Origin: a virus
Lineage: Duplodnaviria; Caudoviricetes
Reading direction: 5' to 3' (one strand)
DNA: 57,406 bases
Virus record (IMG/VR): IMGVR_UViG_3300044720_000010
Coordinates: 1 to 57,406 of that record
Shown: piece after piece, positions 46,958 through 56,424 of the stretch
Numbering within the stretch: the stretch's first letter is position 1
How the letters are laid out: each line of letters opens with the position of its first letter
Program-made: the position numbers and the translations under genes
Notes under the pieces: generated by a model
Told to the model about the DNA's origin: nothing
Databases searched by the model: none
What the model saw: the letters and a program-made list of their open reading frames with translations, nothing else

Positions 46958-49048
46958 TCATTTCCTATAAAACGGTGCGACGTAACCTCTGGCGTCAAGC
47001 GGGAATCCGGGCGCCCAATCGATCGGCTTGACGAAAAGTTCGCGCATACGCTCAATAGAATGATAGTTGTCACCGATCTTGGTCAGGCATATCGCTTCGT
47101 CATGGCTGTGGCCGACGATCTCCCAACCGTCCTCGTGGAGCCGAGTGAGGCCGACCTTCAAGATATCTCTGGTTAACGCTTGTACCAGATTCTCTGTAGT
47201 AACCCCGCCGTGTCCCTCGATTCGATCCCACTGTGTCGTGCGCTGGTTCCGACCCATGTAGGTGAATATCGTCTTGACGTAGGTATCCGGAACCTCGATC
47301 TGTACGCCCTCCGGTACTCCGTGCATCGCCATACCGTGCGACCGGATCACCTTCGTTCGGCCGGTATTAACCACACGCTGTTCCAGTCGAGGTTTGTAGT
47401 AGTATATGTATCTTCCGCTAGGAAGTTTTGCGAGCAGATACGGCTTCAGCCACTCGAAACGGGCGTACCCAAGATCGAACGGCGTATGCGTCGTCAAGAC
47501 GTGCCGGATCGCCCGCTCGCAAGCGTACCAGAACTGCGGTATCTCGCTATACGTCTCGCGGAACACTCGAACTGAGTCTATCGACTCTTGCTCTGACAAT
47601 TCGACGCCCATGTTCTCCGCGTAGGCCAGCAAGCCCGTCTTCTGACCGTCTACGATCTTGCCTGCACTCAGTCGATAACCGCAGCCGAGAACGGCCGGTT
47701 TACATATCTGTCGCTCGGCTCTGGTGATAGCGTCATACGGCTTCTTATAGAGCGCTGCGCCGAAGTCCTTGTACGGATCCAATCCCTCCCGGAAGACATT
47801 CAGCAAGCGCTCGCACTTAGCCACCCACCCGAGGCCGGCGCTCTCAACCGACGAGTAGTCCATGATTTTAAATTCATAGCCCGAGGGAGCGCGGAACATA
47901 CCCCTTAATGTTCCAACGAATGCTTCCATCGGTTCGTTGATGAAAAGTTCGAAACCCTCGTAATCACCATTTCGAATAAGGTTGGTCGCGTAAGTCAATT
48001 TTTCGTCATGTTCTTCCGCGTCTAGTAACTTTGGCGTTCTCGGAAAATTTTGGGGCTGAATCCCTCTCCCCGAGAATCGACCCGTGCGACTGGCACCCAT
48101 AAATTGATACATAAATCGCGCACGATCACCCTCCCCCACAGTGCGCCGAGCTGTAGCGGCTTTAGTCGTACTAGTCTTCGACGACCAAACACGCATCTCA
48201 AGTACGGACACACAGTCATCCGTAAGATTTAATCGTGATCCCTTCAATGACTTCTCGACAGATTCTTTAGTCAGATCGTCAAAAGCGTACCCCCTGACCT
48301 GTAACCACGGGAGGATCTGAGCAACTGAGTTTGGGTTACGGAGAAGTGTGATCTCGGCCATCCGATCTATAAGCTCGGCCTTCCTCCTCTCACTCATTTG
48401 AATGATGTTATCCACGAACCGAAGGTCAACCGGAGCGCCTCGGTCGTTCACCTGTTGGTCCAAATGGTAGAACTGCCATTCGGACTCAGGTAGCGGGTAA
48501 CGTATGAGCCGATCCTTAATCGACCTTTCGGTTATGACATCTTGTATACAATATTGACAAAATTCACCCCACAACTCGGGGTCGGTATGCCAATTGCGCC
48601 ATTCGTAAATTTGATTCTTAGTTGGCTTCTGTGGCATACAGAACTTATGAATAAGATCGCGTCCCGTCTTCAACTTGAGACGATCTTGCGGAAGCCCAAT
48701 CTGAACGCCAACATCTTCCAGCGTGCCCATAAAAGACTGAGAATAAGCCAATACAAGGCTGCATCTCCATTTTGACAGCGGAGTATCAATCTTAAGGACG
48801 CGCCGTGTAATCGTCCTCTCAAACTGGCTGTTATAGCCCCAGCACATCACGTCAGGATCGACCAACGCATCCCGCAACTCGGCCGGAAGCCTGGACTCGT
48901 GGGACTGCCAAAGTTGGATAGGGTTGTCGTCCAACTGGTAGGCGGCCATCAAGACACGAGTACTAGAATGACTGGAATACCTGTCGAGGCCTACTATTTT
49001 AAGGTCCAAGTCTGAAGCCGACTCGAAATCAAGATGAAGAACGGTCAT
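46958..49048 (-). CDS. DNA polymerase family A with 3'-5' exonuclease
   Basis: LDFES, YCIQDV, RTGRFSG, DYSSVE, RQICKPAVLGCGY, HDE. Confidence 0.93.
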   Translation of the reverse strand: MTVLHLDFESASDLDLKIVGLDRYSSHSSTRVLMAAYQLDDNPIQLWQSHESRLPAELRDALVDPDVMCWGYNSQFERTITRRVLKIDTPLSKWRCSLVLAYSQSFMGTLEDVGVQIGLPQDRLKLKTGRDLIHKFCMPQKPTKNQIYEWRNWHTDPELWGEFCQYCIQDVITERSIKDRLIRYPLPESEWQFYHLDQQVNDRGAPVDLRFVDNIIQMSERRKAELIDRMAEITLLRNPNSVAQILPWLQVRGYAFDDLTKESVEKSLKGSRLNLTDDCVSVLEMRVWSSKTSTTKAATARRTVGEGDRARFMYQFMGASRTGRFSGRGIQPQNFPRTPKLLDAEEHDEKLTYATNLIRNGDYEGFELFINEPMEAFVGTLRGMFRAPSGYEFKIMDYSSVESAGLGWVAKCERLLNVFREGLDPYKDFGAALYKKPYDAITRAERQICKPAVLGCGYRLSAGKIVDGQKTGLLAYAENMGVELSEQESIDSVRVFRETYSEIPQFWYACERAIRHVLTTHTPFDLGYARFEWLKPYLLAKLPSGRYIYYYKPRLEQRVVNTGRTKVIRSHGMAMHGVPEGVQIEVPDTYVKTIFTYMGRNQRTTQWDRIEGHGGVTTENLVQALTRDILKVGLTRLHEDGWEIVGHSHDEAICLTKIGDNYHSIERMRELFVKPIDWAPGFPLDARGYVAPFYRK

Positions 49049-49656
49049 AATGACTGCCGTTCCAAGTAATCTGCTAGAGCACGAAGGATTAATGGATCAT
49101 CCTTTGCGTACCCTAAAGCTACGTTACATCCGTGGCACAACCAACCCCTGAAGTCTCCCGTGTAGTGATCGTGATCGAAGTTAATTCGACCCGCCGCTCC
49201 GCATACCTCGCACCTTTCTGGTCTGGTTCGACCTCCTTCAAAGTTCTTATTCCGCCACTCCCGAGCCTTAATCGTACCCATCTTCCGTCTGTAAGCCTCC
49301 CTACACACCCCCGCACACGTATTTGTGAGGCCATGCAGCCGAGATATATCTGCGCTACAAACTACACAAACCTTACCTATCCTACTCAGTCGAAGTCGCC
49401 TTTTACGATTGCAATCATCTCCGCAAGTATGAGCATCCGATCGGGAGTGTGATATGTCTTTCTCGCACTCGCTACAAACTCTCGTTATGAGATCCACCTT
49501 CTTTCCCGCCGATTCCCGAGCACGGAGTTCTTTTCTTTTCCAATTTCTCTGCCGCGCCCGACAGCCGCCGCTTTGACAAGTTTGTGAATGCCCGTGCAGA
49601 TGCGAAATGTCGGCGCCACACACGACACAAGCCCGATTCGATCCGTCTAACGGCAT
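49045..49656 (-). CDS. Endonuclease VII-like HNH with N-terminal Zn-finger repeats
   Basis: CEVC, DHDH, RGWLCHGCN..LG..KDD; three C..C..DIS repeats. Confidence 0.85.
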   Translation of the reverse strand: MPLDGSNRACVVCGADISHLHGHSQTCQSGGCRARQRNWKRKELRARESAGKKVDLITRVCSECEKDISHSRSDAHTCGDDCNRKRRLRLSRIGKVCVVCSADISRLHGLTNTCAGVCREAYRRKMGTIKAREWRNKNFEGGRTRPERCEVCGAAGRINFDHDHYTGDFRGWLCHGCNVALGYAKDDPLILRALADYLERQSL

Positions 49657-49674
49657 AGCTACACACTCAGCCTA

Positions 49675-49762
49675 GAAAGAAAGTGCCCCGATCCGGAAGC
49701 GGGATCGCTCGGGGCCACACGACTCACCACGGGGAAAGGGCAAACCCGCCCCGCTTCCGGAA
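49675..49762 (-). terminator. Putative terminator with alternative pairing
   Basis: GCCCC..GATCC/GGATC.GGGGC stem followed by ACTTTCTTTC on minus strand. Confidence 0.55.
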
Positions 49763-50416
49763 CTACAGATCGTCGTCGTCGCTCAGTCCGTCGTCATAGC
49801 CGCTGTCGTCATCGTCGATAGCGCCGAACGACTCGTCGATCTCGTCTTCACCGATGCGCGTGCCTTCGCCGAACGGCTCATCGTCTTTGACGAATTGCAC
49901 GGCAAGAAGGTTGGCGTTAACACGCTTGCCGAAGCCGTTGTTTTGCGGCCAAGGACGGATCAACTCGTTGACCCAGCACCCTCCGTAAAAGATCCGTCCA
50001 GCTTCTTCCGGGGTGAGGACTTTCGCCCGGCCGGTTGTCGGATCTTCACCTCGACCACGTAGCGCAGGACGCCGAACCTCGCTGGCACTAATGAGGTAGT
50101 GCCCCGCGTAGTCCGGATTGCCCAAGAGATCACCGTTCTGCATGAACTTCCGGTCGGACGGGAGTTGGACCTTCATTTCCTGCATCACGCGATTGATCTC
50201 TGCGATGATAATTTTCGCTGACGGCGCATAGTCTGGCGTCTTCGGCATCAACGTTTTAAGAGACAGCTTTTGCCCATCCTTGAACGGCGTGACAAGATGA
50301 GGATAAGACGCACGGACGTTCTTCACGATCATCGACTGATCCGAGTAAAGCGTGACGTACTTCTCCTGCTTGACGATCGTGCGTGATGGCTTCTCGGCGA
50401 GTGCTACTGATGGCAT
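49763..50416 (-). CDS. ssDNA-binding protein (DUF2815-like)
   Basis: VRASYPHL, FYGGCWVN, VQFVKDDEPFG, acidic tail. Confidence 0.88.
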   Translation of the reverse strand: MPSVALAEKPSRTIVKQEKYVTLYSDQSMIVKNVRASYPHLVTPFKDGQKLSLKTLMPKTPDYAPSAKIIIAEINRVMQEMKVQLPSDRKFMQNGDLLGNPDYAGHYLISASEVRRPALRGRGEDPTTGRAKVLTPEEAGRIFYGGCWVNELIRPWPQNNGFGKRVNANLLAVQFVKDDEPFGEGTRIGEDEIDESFGAIDDDDSGYDDGLSDDDDL

Positions 50417-50432
50417 TGTATTCCTCACGGGT

Positions 50433-50654
50433 TTACGGGTTTACCGGGTTAAGGATGATCGGCTCCTCCTCAAAAAACGACTCATGGACGTTCGACACAA
50501 CCTCATGAGCCCTGTCCATCGGCTTCCACTGTTGCTTCCTGAGTTTGCACCGATGCAGAAAAGTCTGTCTTCTAGCGTTACAAGTACGGCTGCAAAATTT
50601 TTGCGTAGAGGGGATAGGCTTGCCGCATTGACGGCAGTAGTGCTGACCGCTCAT
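50433..50654 (-). CDS. Small Zn-finger protein
   Basis: CRQCGK..FCSRTC; ATGA overlap. Confidence 0.55.
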   Translation of the reverse strand: MSGQHYCRQCGKPIPSTQKFCSRTCNARRQTFLHRCKLRKQQWKPMDRAHEVVSNVHESFFEEEPIILNPVNP

Positions 50655-51919
50655 AGTTCATCGCCTTCGAACGACTCATCGACGATCGACCCGACCTCGG
50701 CCCGGTTGTCGCCAACGGCAACCAGAGTCGGTTTGCCGGGAGGGCGTTCTACAAGCGTCCCGACATATGCTTTAGTCAGCTTACCTCGGACGCCAGCCGC
50801 ACGTACCAGCTTCTCGGATTGGTTGGGCGAGACGACCTTGCGGACGTAGATATCGTCATCGTCGATCCCGAGCCGCGCCAGACCTTCGGCCGCTTCTTCT
50901 TCATCCTTCCAGCGGCGCCGGCTGCGGCCCTCTACGACCTTCCACAAGCCCCCCAGGTCATCGCCCTGAAGACCACGGGTAATCAGCTCGTCGGCTGCTT
51001 GGGCGAACCACCGCTCCATCAACCCCCGCCACCGCAAGAGCTTAGCAAGCTGTTCGGTTGTGAGTTGGACGGGGGGCTCTAGTCGCGGCTTCGGCGGATC
51101 GAGTATCGCTATCGACTGTTGCTGTTCGTGCGACACAGAGTCATTCTCCAACACATCGAAACTGAGGTCAGCGAGAGCCTGTCGGGCGACTTCCATCGCG
51201 GGACACGTCAGCCGAACTTTGCACCAAAGGCAGCTACCCGGACTTGGTGATCTGTCAGCGTTCGGCTGCCACGCTAGAGCCGCTCGCTCTCGCGCCCACT
51301 CCGACCACTCGGTAAGCTCTGATCGCGAAATCTCATACACATCGAAGTGGTTTAGTCTCGGCTGCGCGATGTGCATCCGTATAGTTTGAAAGTGATAAAT
51401 GTTGTCATAGGATTGAAGGGCACCCCAAGCGTATAAAAGCAATTGACTGTTATTTTTCGCGTACACCTGAATACCAGTTCCGAACTTCCAGTCCACGACA
51501 TCCAGAACGCCAAGACTACAAATTATCAGATCGGCCGTACCACCTTGATATTCGATGGGCGTGAGACTAGATATATCAACTTTGATTTCATAAAACCTAT
51601 CGCCCGGTATGTTGGCATACCGTTCTAAGCATACCTCCGCGAAACTGTACATATCGTCATCGACTTCAATCTCAAATACTTCCTCCGTATCTGGTTTTGT
51701 CACCGTGTATGTTGTGCCGAGCCAATTAGGTTTGTTACCAGTCTGTTGCCATTCGGCTATCAAGGCATGGAACGCGGTGCCTTCTGCCGCGTAGTAACCT
51801 GCCGTGTCGTGAGCACTCATGCTCGGTATAAGCGAACCGGCGCAGTTCAACCACGTTGAACTGTAACTCGGCCGGAATACCGAGTTACCGTCTTTCCAAA
51901 GATCTGCGCCGTCGCTCAT
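50651..51919 (-). CDS. DUF2800 Cas4-like exonuclease
   Basis: EGTAFH, GTAD, DWKFG, QLLLYA, CLWC..C. Confidence 0.88.
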   Translation of the reverse strand: MSDGADLWKDGNSVFRPSYSSTWLNCAGSLIPSMSAHDTAGYYAAEGTAFHALIAEWQQTGNKPNWLGTTYTVTKPDTEEVFEIEVDDDMYSFAEVCLERYANIPGDRFYEIKVDISSLTPIEYQGGTADLIICSLGVLDVVDWKFGTGIQVYAKNNSQLLLYAWGALQSYDNIYHFQTIRMHIAQPRLNHFDVYEISRSELTEWSEWARERAALAWQPNADRSPSPGSCLWCKVRLTCPAMEVARQALADLSFDVLENDSVSHEQQQSIAILDPPKPRLEPPVQLTTEQLAKLLRWRGLMERWFAQAADELITRGLQGDDLGGLWKVVEGRSRRRWKDEEEAAEGLARLGIDDDDIYVRKVVSPNQSEKLVRAAGVRGKLTKAYVGTLVERPPGKPTLVAVGDNRAEVGSIVDESFEGDEL

Positions 51920-51928
51920 GCTTCGGGT

Positions 51929-52258
51929 CTACAGATCGTCGCTGGCTTCGGCCGGCTCGGGCTCCTTCGATGCAAGAAGGACTTCAGCCGCCGCGATAAA
52001 CTCGGGGTACTTCGTCTCGGCGACCTCGGCGAGCTGCGTGGCGTCGAACTGCTTCAAGAAATTGAGGTAGACCGGCGGCCCTTTCTCGTCACGCACCTTG
52101 CGTGCGACGGCTTTCAGTTCATCCATCCCGATCTTGCGAGGCCGGCCGGGACCACGAGCGGCGGCCGGGGCAGCAGCAGGTGCCGTACCTTTCTCGATAC
52201 GTTCGGTAAGTTTGAGGACCGCCGCCGTCAACGTGTTTACCGCTTCTTCAAGTGCCAC
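51929..52258 (-). CDS. Hypothetical replication-module protein
   Basis: GGAG RBS; first gene of leftward replication operon. Confidence 0.7.
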   Translation of the reverse strand: MALEEAVNTLTAAVLKLTERIEKGTAPAAAPAAARGPGRPRKIGMDELKAVARKVRDEKGPPVYLNFLKQFDATQLAEVAETKYPEFIAAAEVLLASKEPEPAEASDDL

Positions 52259-52368
52259 AATCTATCTCCAATTTCGAGTTAAAAACTTCGCTATTGCCAA
52301 ACGAAGTAACAACACCCTATCGTCTGGTAGGTGAAAGCGTCAAGTACAAAGTTGAAACGAGATACAAA

Positions 52369-52623
52369 ATGATTTTCCCGCTGCCACGATACATCAGGAT
52401 CATGTCGGAAGGCCCGGACAAAGAACGGGCCAAAGATCGGTTTTTCCTACAACTCGCGTGTATCTACGCAAGCCGAAGCGGCCGAATCCGTGTTCTGGCC
52501 GGCTTAATCGGTGTGAACTATGAAACTTTGAAGTCTCAGATGCGTGGAGTTCAACACCATCCGGTATCACAGACTACCTACGCAGGCGTGAGACGGCTTC
52601 TCGGCCGCGATTTCATGCCATAG
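52369..52623 (+). CDS. Putative HTH regulator
   Basis: LAGLIGVNYETL; divergent position upstream of primase as in Chi-like phages. Confidence 0.55.
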   Translation: MIFPLPRYIRIMSEGPDKERAKDRFFLQLACIYASRSGRIRVLAGLIGVNYETLKSQMRGVQHHPVSQTTYAGVRRLLGRDFMP

Positions 52624-52659
52624 GAAAAAGCGCCGACCGGGTGCCCGCCCGATCGACGC
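52624..52659 (-). terminator. Putative minus-strand intrinsic terminator
   Basis: GCGTCGATCGGG/CCCGGTCGGCGC stem then TTTTT. Confidence 0.45.
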
Positions 52660-52696
52660 CATATGCTGCTGCAATCAGCTAGTAGAGACGAGTTAA

Positions 52697-55150
52697 ATGA
52701 TACACGCAGACCCGCCAGTTGTCGATAGTCCGTTAGATCGTAAACTAACGATAACCATATTCGAAGACGAAACCGCCAAGGTAAAACGGGAGCACCAAAA
52801 GTCGCTCCGCGAGCTGGCGCCCTACATAGATAAAAAGTCAGCACCGTCCAAGGCTGCGCTCCCGTGGCTGAAGCTTGCCCGGTTCGGCGATAAAAGATCA
52901 GCGGTCTCGCTTCGCAACGACGCCAACGTTGTGTCGATCAGCGGAATTGAGATTGATTATGACAAAGAACAGATTTCGGTTTCACAAGCGGCCGAGGTAT
53001 TCCGCGCGAACCGTGTTGCGGCGCTGATCTATACCAGCCCCTCTCACAAGGCCGCAGCGCCCCGGTGGAGGGCCTTGCTCCCTACCTCCACACTCTTGCC
53101 CCCTGTCCAACGTAGCCGCCTCTGTGGCGTCGTAAACCGCATCCTAAAGGGCGATGCAGCAGGGGAGTCATTCACCCTATCGCAGAGCTACTACTACGGT
53201 CAGGTCGGAGCGAATCCCGACCACGAGGTCATTTTGATAGATGGTCGCTACATCGACTACGCTGATGACATCGAACCGCTCGACAAAACCCGATCGTCGA
53301 AACACCGTTTCGCGGATGACACGGACGAGTGGGGATTAGGATTTGACCGTATCGACGACATATCGGACGAACGGTTATGCGAATTGCTGATGAGTATCCC
53401 GAATGACGGGAGGTTCGACGATCGTGGGGAGTGGTTCGAAATCGGGTGTGCTGTTAAGCATCAGGCGCTCGACTCCGACGCAGCTCGCGAAATGTTTTAC
53501 GAATGGTCCGTCCAGCATAGCTCTCATAATGAAGCTAAATTCGAGAAGACATGGAGAAGCATCGGCAACTACAGCGGGCGACCTGTAACCGTTCGCTACT
53601 TGATAAAGTTAGCAAAGGGTCACGAACAAAAAGCAACCACCGAACGGCTTTCCGAAATCCTTATGCGAATGGACTTCGCACCTAGCCTCGATGATCTGCG
53701 AGCGATAGCAGCGGACGCTCGTAAACTCAATTTAGACCAGATGGACAGAGTACGCCTAGTTTCGTCGCTCCAGAAAAACGCTAAGAATTACGGTGTCACC
53801 TTGCCGATTAAAGAGGCTCGCGACATGGTTCGGCACCAACCAAGCGCGTCAGATATACCGGATTGGCTCAAAAATTGGGTTTTCCTGAAGCATACAGGAC
53901 AGTTCTACGACCGTAAAACAGGTGAGCATGTCGATCACCACGCTTTTGACGCCGCATTCGGTCGGTATGTAGGACCAGACAATACCGCTTCTAAGGTTGC
54001 GCTAAACATCGTCAAGATACCCGTCTTCCACATGACCATGTATCTGCCAGGAGAAGAAGACGTGTTCACGGACCCGTCAGGTCTAACATGGATAAACACC
54101 TACAGAAATACGGCGCCGCCGATACCTGAGATATTGACCGAACGAGATAGACGGAATGTCGAGTTGATTAAAGATCACTCCCGGCACCTGTTCGAAAACC
54201 AACACGACATCGAAATCCTACACTCGTCTCTAGCCTACGTCGTCCAAACCGGCAAGCGCTGTAACTGGATCACGATCATCCAAGGGGCCGAAGCGATCGG
54301 CAAGACATTTTATGCTCAACTGATGGCTGCCGTCCTCGGCGGAAGCCCCCACGTCTACAAGCTAGACACACAAACCCTTACCGACAGCTCGTTCACCGAA
54401 TGGGCTGAAGGACATCAGCTCGTTTTCATTGAAGAACTGTACGTACACGGTAAGCGCTATAACGTCATGGACAAGATCAAAACCTACGCCACAGACGAGA
54501 CCGTTAGCGTTCACCCCAAGGGCTTTCGACAATACAACGTGACCAACACTGCGACGTACATAGCGTTCACAAATCACCGAGACTCTGTGCCGCTAGAGCG
54601 GAGCGATACCCGATACTTTGTCCTCTTGTCTCGCTGGCAATCGACACGAGAAGTTCTGGCCTTCAAAGAGTCAAATCCGACCTACTATCGGAAATTGTTT
54701 AACACCATCCAAGAATCGCCCGGCGCTATCCGAGGCTGGCTGATGAACTACCCTTTGCACCCCGACTTCGATCCAACCGCTCGGGCGCCCTCCAGCCACG
54801 GGAAAGCAACGATGATCGATGAGTCGAAATCCGAACTCCAGACCCTCGCGGAAGACCTGATTAGGGACGGAAATATCCCTGGAATCTCCGAAGAATTGGT
54901 TGTCGTTCATCTTTTACGTGAAGCTCTGGCCGATGAAAGCGGCGTTTTACCGACGCCAGAAGCTACGCGCGCAGTCCTCCAGAGGCTACAGTTCACCCCT
55001 ATTCAGGGTAGACGAGTAAAAATCTCCACACACCCCGACGCACCCCGAAAGGACTTTTATTGCTGGTCAACAGACCTGAAAGTGCTTTCATCCACGCAGG
55101 ATTACATTCGGAAATTAATTATGAATAAATTATTTTACGACGAACTTTAA
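52697..55150 (+). CDS. Primase (PriCT-2) fused to SF3-like helicase
   Basis: EIDYD, YTSPSH, PRWR; W..IG.A..H..W (PriCT-2); GAEAIGKT, IEE, FTNH. Confidence 0.88.
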   Translation: MIHADPPVVDSPLDRKLTITIFEDETAKVKREHQKSLRELAPYIDKKSAPSKAALPWLKLARFGDKRSAVSLRNDANVVSISGIEIDYDKEQISVSQAAEVFRANRVAALIYTSPSHKAAAPRWRALLPTSTLLPPVQRSRLCGVVNRILKGDAAGESFTLSQSYYYGQVGANPDHEVILIDGRYIDYADDIEPLDKTRSSKHRFADDTDEWGLGFDRIDDISDERLCELLMSIPNDGRFDDRGEWFEIGCAVKHQALDSDAAREMFYEWSVQHSSHNEAKFEKTWRSIGNYSGRPVTVRYLIKLAKGHEQKATTERLSEILMRMDFAPSLDDLRAIAADARKLNLDQMDRVRLVSSLQKNAKNYGVTLPIKEARDMVRHQPSASDIPDWLKNWVFLKHTGQFYDRKTGEHVDHHAFDAAFGRYVGPDNTASKVALNIVKIPVFHMTMYLPGEEDVFTDPSGLTWINTYRNTAPPIPEILTERDRRNVELIKDHSRHLFENQHDIEILHSSLAYVVQTGKRCNWITIIQGAEAIGKTFYAQLMAAVLGGSPHVYKLDTQTLTDSSFTEWAEGHQLVFIEELYVHGKRYNVMDKIKTYATDETVSVHPKGFRQYNVTNTATYIAFTNHRDSVPLERSDTRYFVLLSRWQSTREVLAFKESNPTYYRKLFNTIQESPGAIRGWLMNYPLHPDFDPTARAPSSHGKATMIDESKSELQTLAEDLIRDGNIPGISEELVVVHLLREALADESGVLPTPEATRAVLQRLQFTPIQGRRVKISTHPDAPRKDFYCWSTDLKVLSSTQDYIRKLIMNKLFYDEL

Positions 55151-55380
55151 TTTGGGTGCGTCGAAACGGCCCCATTTTGCCACACACCCCACTACGCACC
55201 CCAAAATAAGTCATTGATTCTCTTACGTATTATATTATTTAGTGTGTGGGGGTGTGTGGGTGAAAGAATATAAACCTTTATACATGAGAAGAAAGTAAGT
55301 TTATTAACACTAATTAATGCCGAATCTTACGTATGATAGGATAAGGTAGCTAGCCGCACCCCATGCCCCCACGCACCCCA
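55151..55380. other. Putative replication origin
   Basis: AT-rich core flanked by CGCACCCC repeats; IHF consensus match at 55207-55219. Confidence 0.5.
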
Positions 55381-55390
55381 CGGAGTTTTC

Positions 55391-55627
55391 ATGCACATCC
55401 ATGATATCATCGAAGAAAACGCTCATGACAATGCGGGGTACGCCATCGCGTATGCCCTCCTGCAACTGGCAGACGCCCATCGCAGTGCTGCTATCGCGCT
55501 CCGTAATCTTGGAACCGGGAACGCGGCAACAGAGATGGGTGTAGTAGAAATGCTTGCAGGGGAGGTTGGTCGCATTGCAGAAGCCTTGCGGCACATCGTT
55601 GACAAAATGCCCGAGGATGACAGTTAA
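55391..55627 (+). CDS. Hypothetical protein
   Basis: GGAG RBS; IAYALLQLA..LGTGNAATEMGVVE. Confidence 0.65.
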   Translation: MHIHDIIEENAHDNAGYAIAYALLQLADAHRSAAIALRNLGTGNAATEMGVVEMLAGEVGRIAEALRHIVDKMPEDDS

Positions 55628-55976
55628 ACCGTGTAGCCGGCCTAGCGGGGGGACAAAATATGGCGAATCGCGCCTCAGCGCCTCCCGCCCCCCGGATTTA
55701 ACCTGACCGGGGACCCATTGCCATCACAACGCAACGGTAGCGTTTCATTAAAACCGACAGGAATTGGACGTGAAACCAAAGGATCGATATTATCCGCTCC
55801 AACCAACTGAGGCCGAGCGCAAGCGCGACGACAGCTCGCATGGTGGTGGATGCAGAAAGGCCGACCCAAGCCCGCGCCTATCGTGGACGATGGTAGCGAC
55901 ACCATCGAAGATTCGACGTTCATACCGAATACCAAACACAAAGGCTAAAATTTTCTATTTATATCCTTCATAGAAA

Positions 55977-56153
55977 TTGCCCTGATAGGGTCAAAGGACA
56001 GAGACCTATCCCAATGACCCTAGCAGGGCAAATCGCGTGTGCGGGCATCTGTGAAGGCTTTAGGGCATACGCCATCTACACGTGCAACGCTATCCCATAT
56101 CGCCTATCTACACGTGTAACGCAACGGTACCGTCGCGTTTCTTATCAGGGCAA
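55977..56153. other. Candidate cos region
   Basis: 17-bp inverted repeat (55977-55993 / 56015-56031) and partial third copy at 56143-56153; lambda-type terminase. Confidence 0.5.
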
Positions 56154-56181
56154 AAGAAAACCGGCCCAACGATGGGCCGGT
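56152..56181 (-). terminator. Intrinsic terminator
   Basis: ACCGGCCC/GGGCCGGT hairpin followed by T-rich tail on minus strand. Confidence 0.7.
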
Positions 56182-56207
56182 CAAACCTTAACGCACCGTG
56201 GTTGAGG

Positions 56208-56393
56208 TTACAGCGTACTGTACGGGTTGGCCTCTACCGCGCACCCATGCCGTTCGGCCGTGTCCTGTAGTTCCTCCCATCGCGCCGCATCGCTATCGCT
56301 GTAGCGGTCAACATCCTTTGGCAGCTCATACTCGACCGCTACTTGCGGCGTCACCACGCGATAGAACAGGTAGCCATCCCTGGCGTGCGTCAT
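56208..56393 (-). CDS. Small hypothetical protein
   Basis: GAGG RBS; precedes terminator. Confidence 0.5.
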   Translation of the reverse strand: MTHARDGYLFYRVVTPQVAVEYELPKDVDRYSDSDAARWEELQDTAERHGCAVEANPYSTL

Positions 56394-56424
56394 AGCGTCA
56401 ACCCTCTCTCTGTCATCTGTAATT

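Noticed and set aside
41288-49048. Inteins or introns in RNR, helicase or polymerase
   Set aside because: ORFs are uninterrupted, of compact length, and show no splice motifs
50651-51919. Cas4 as part of a CRISPR-Cas system
   Set aside because: Standard DUF2800 replication-module nuclease; no other cas genes or array
55304-55317. CtrA box
   Set aside because: TTAA-N6-TTAA spacing instead of N7, within AT-rich DNA
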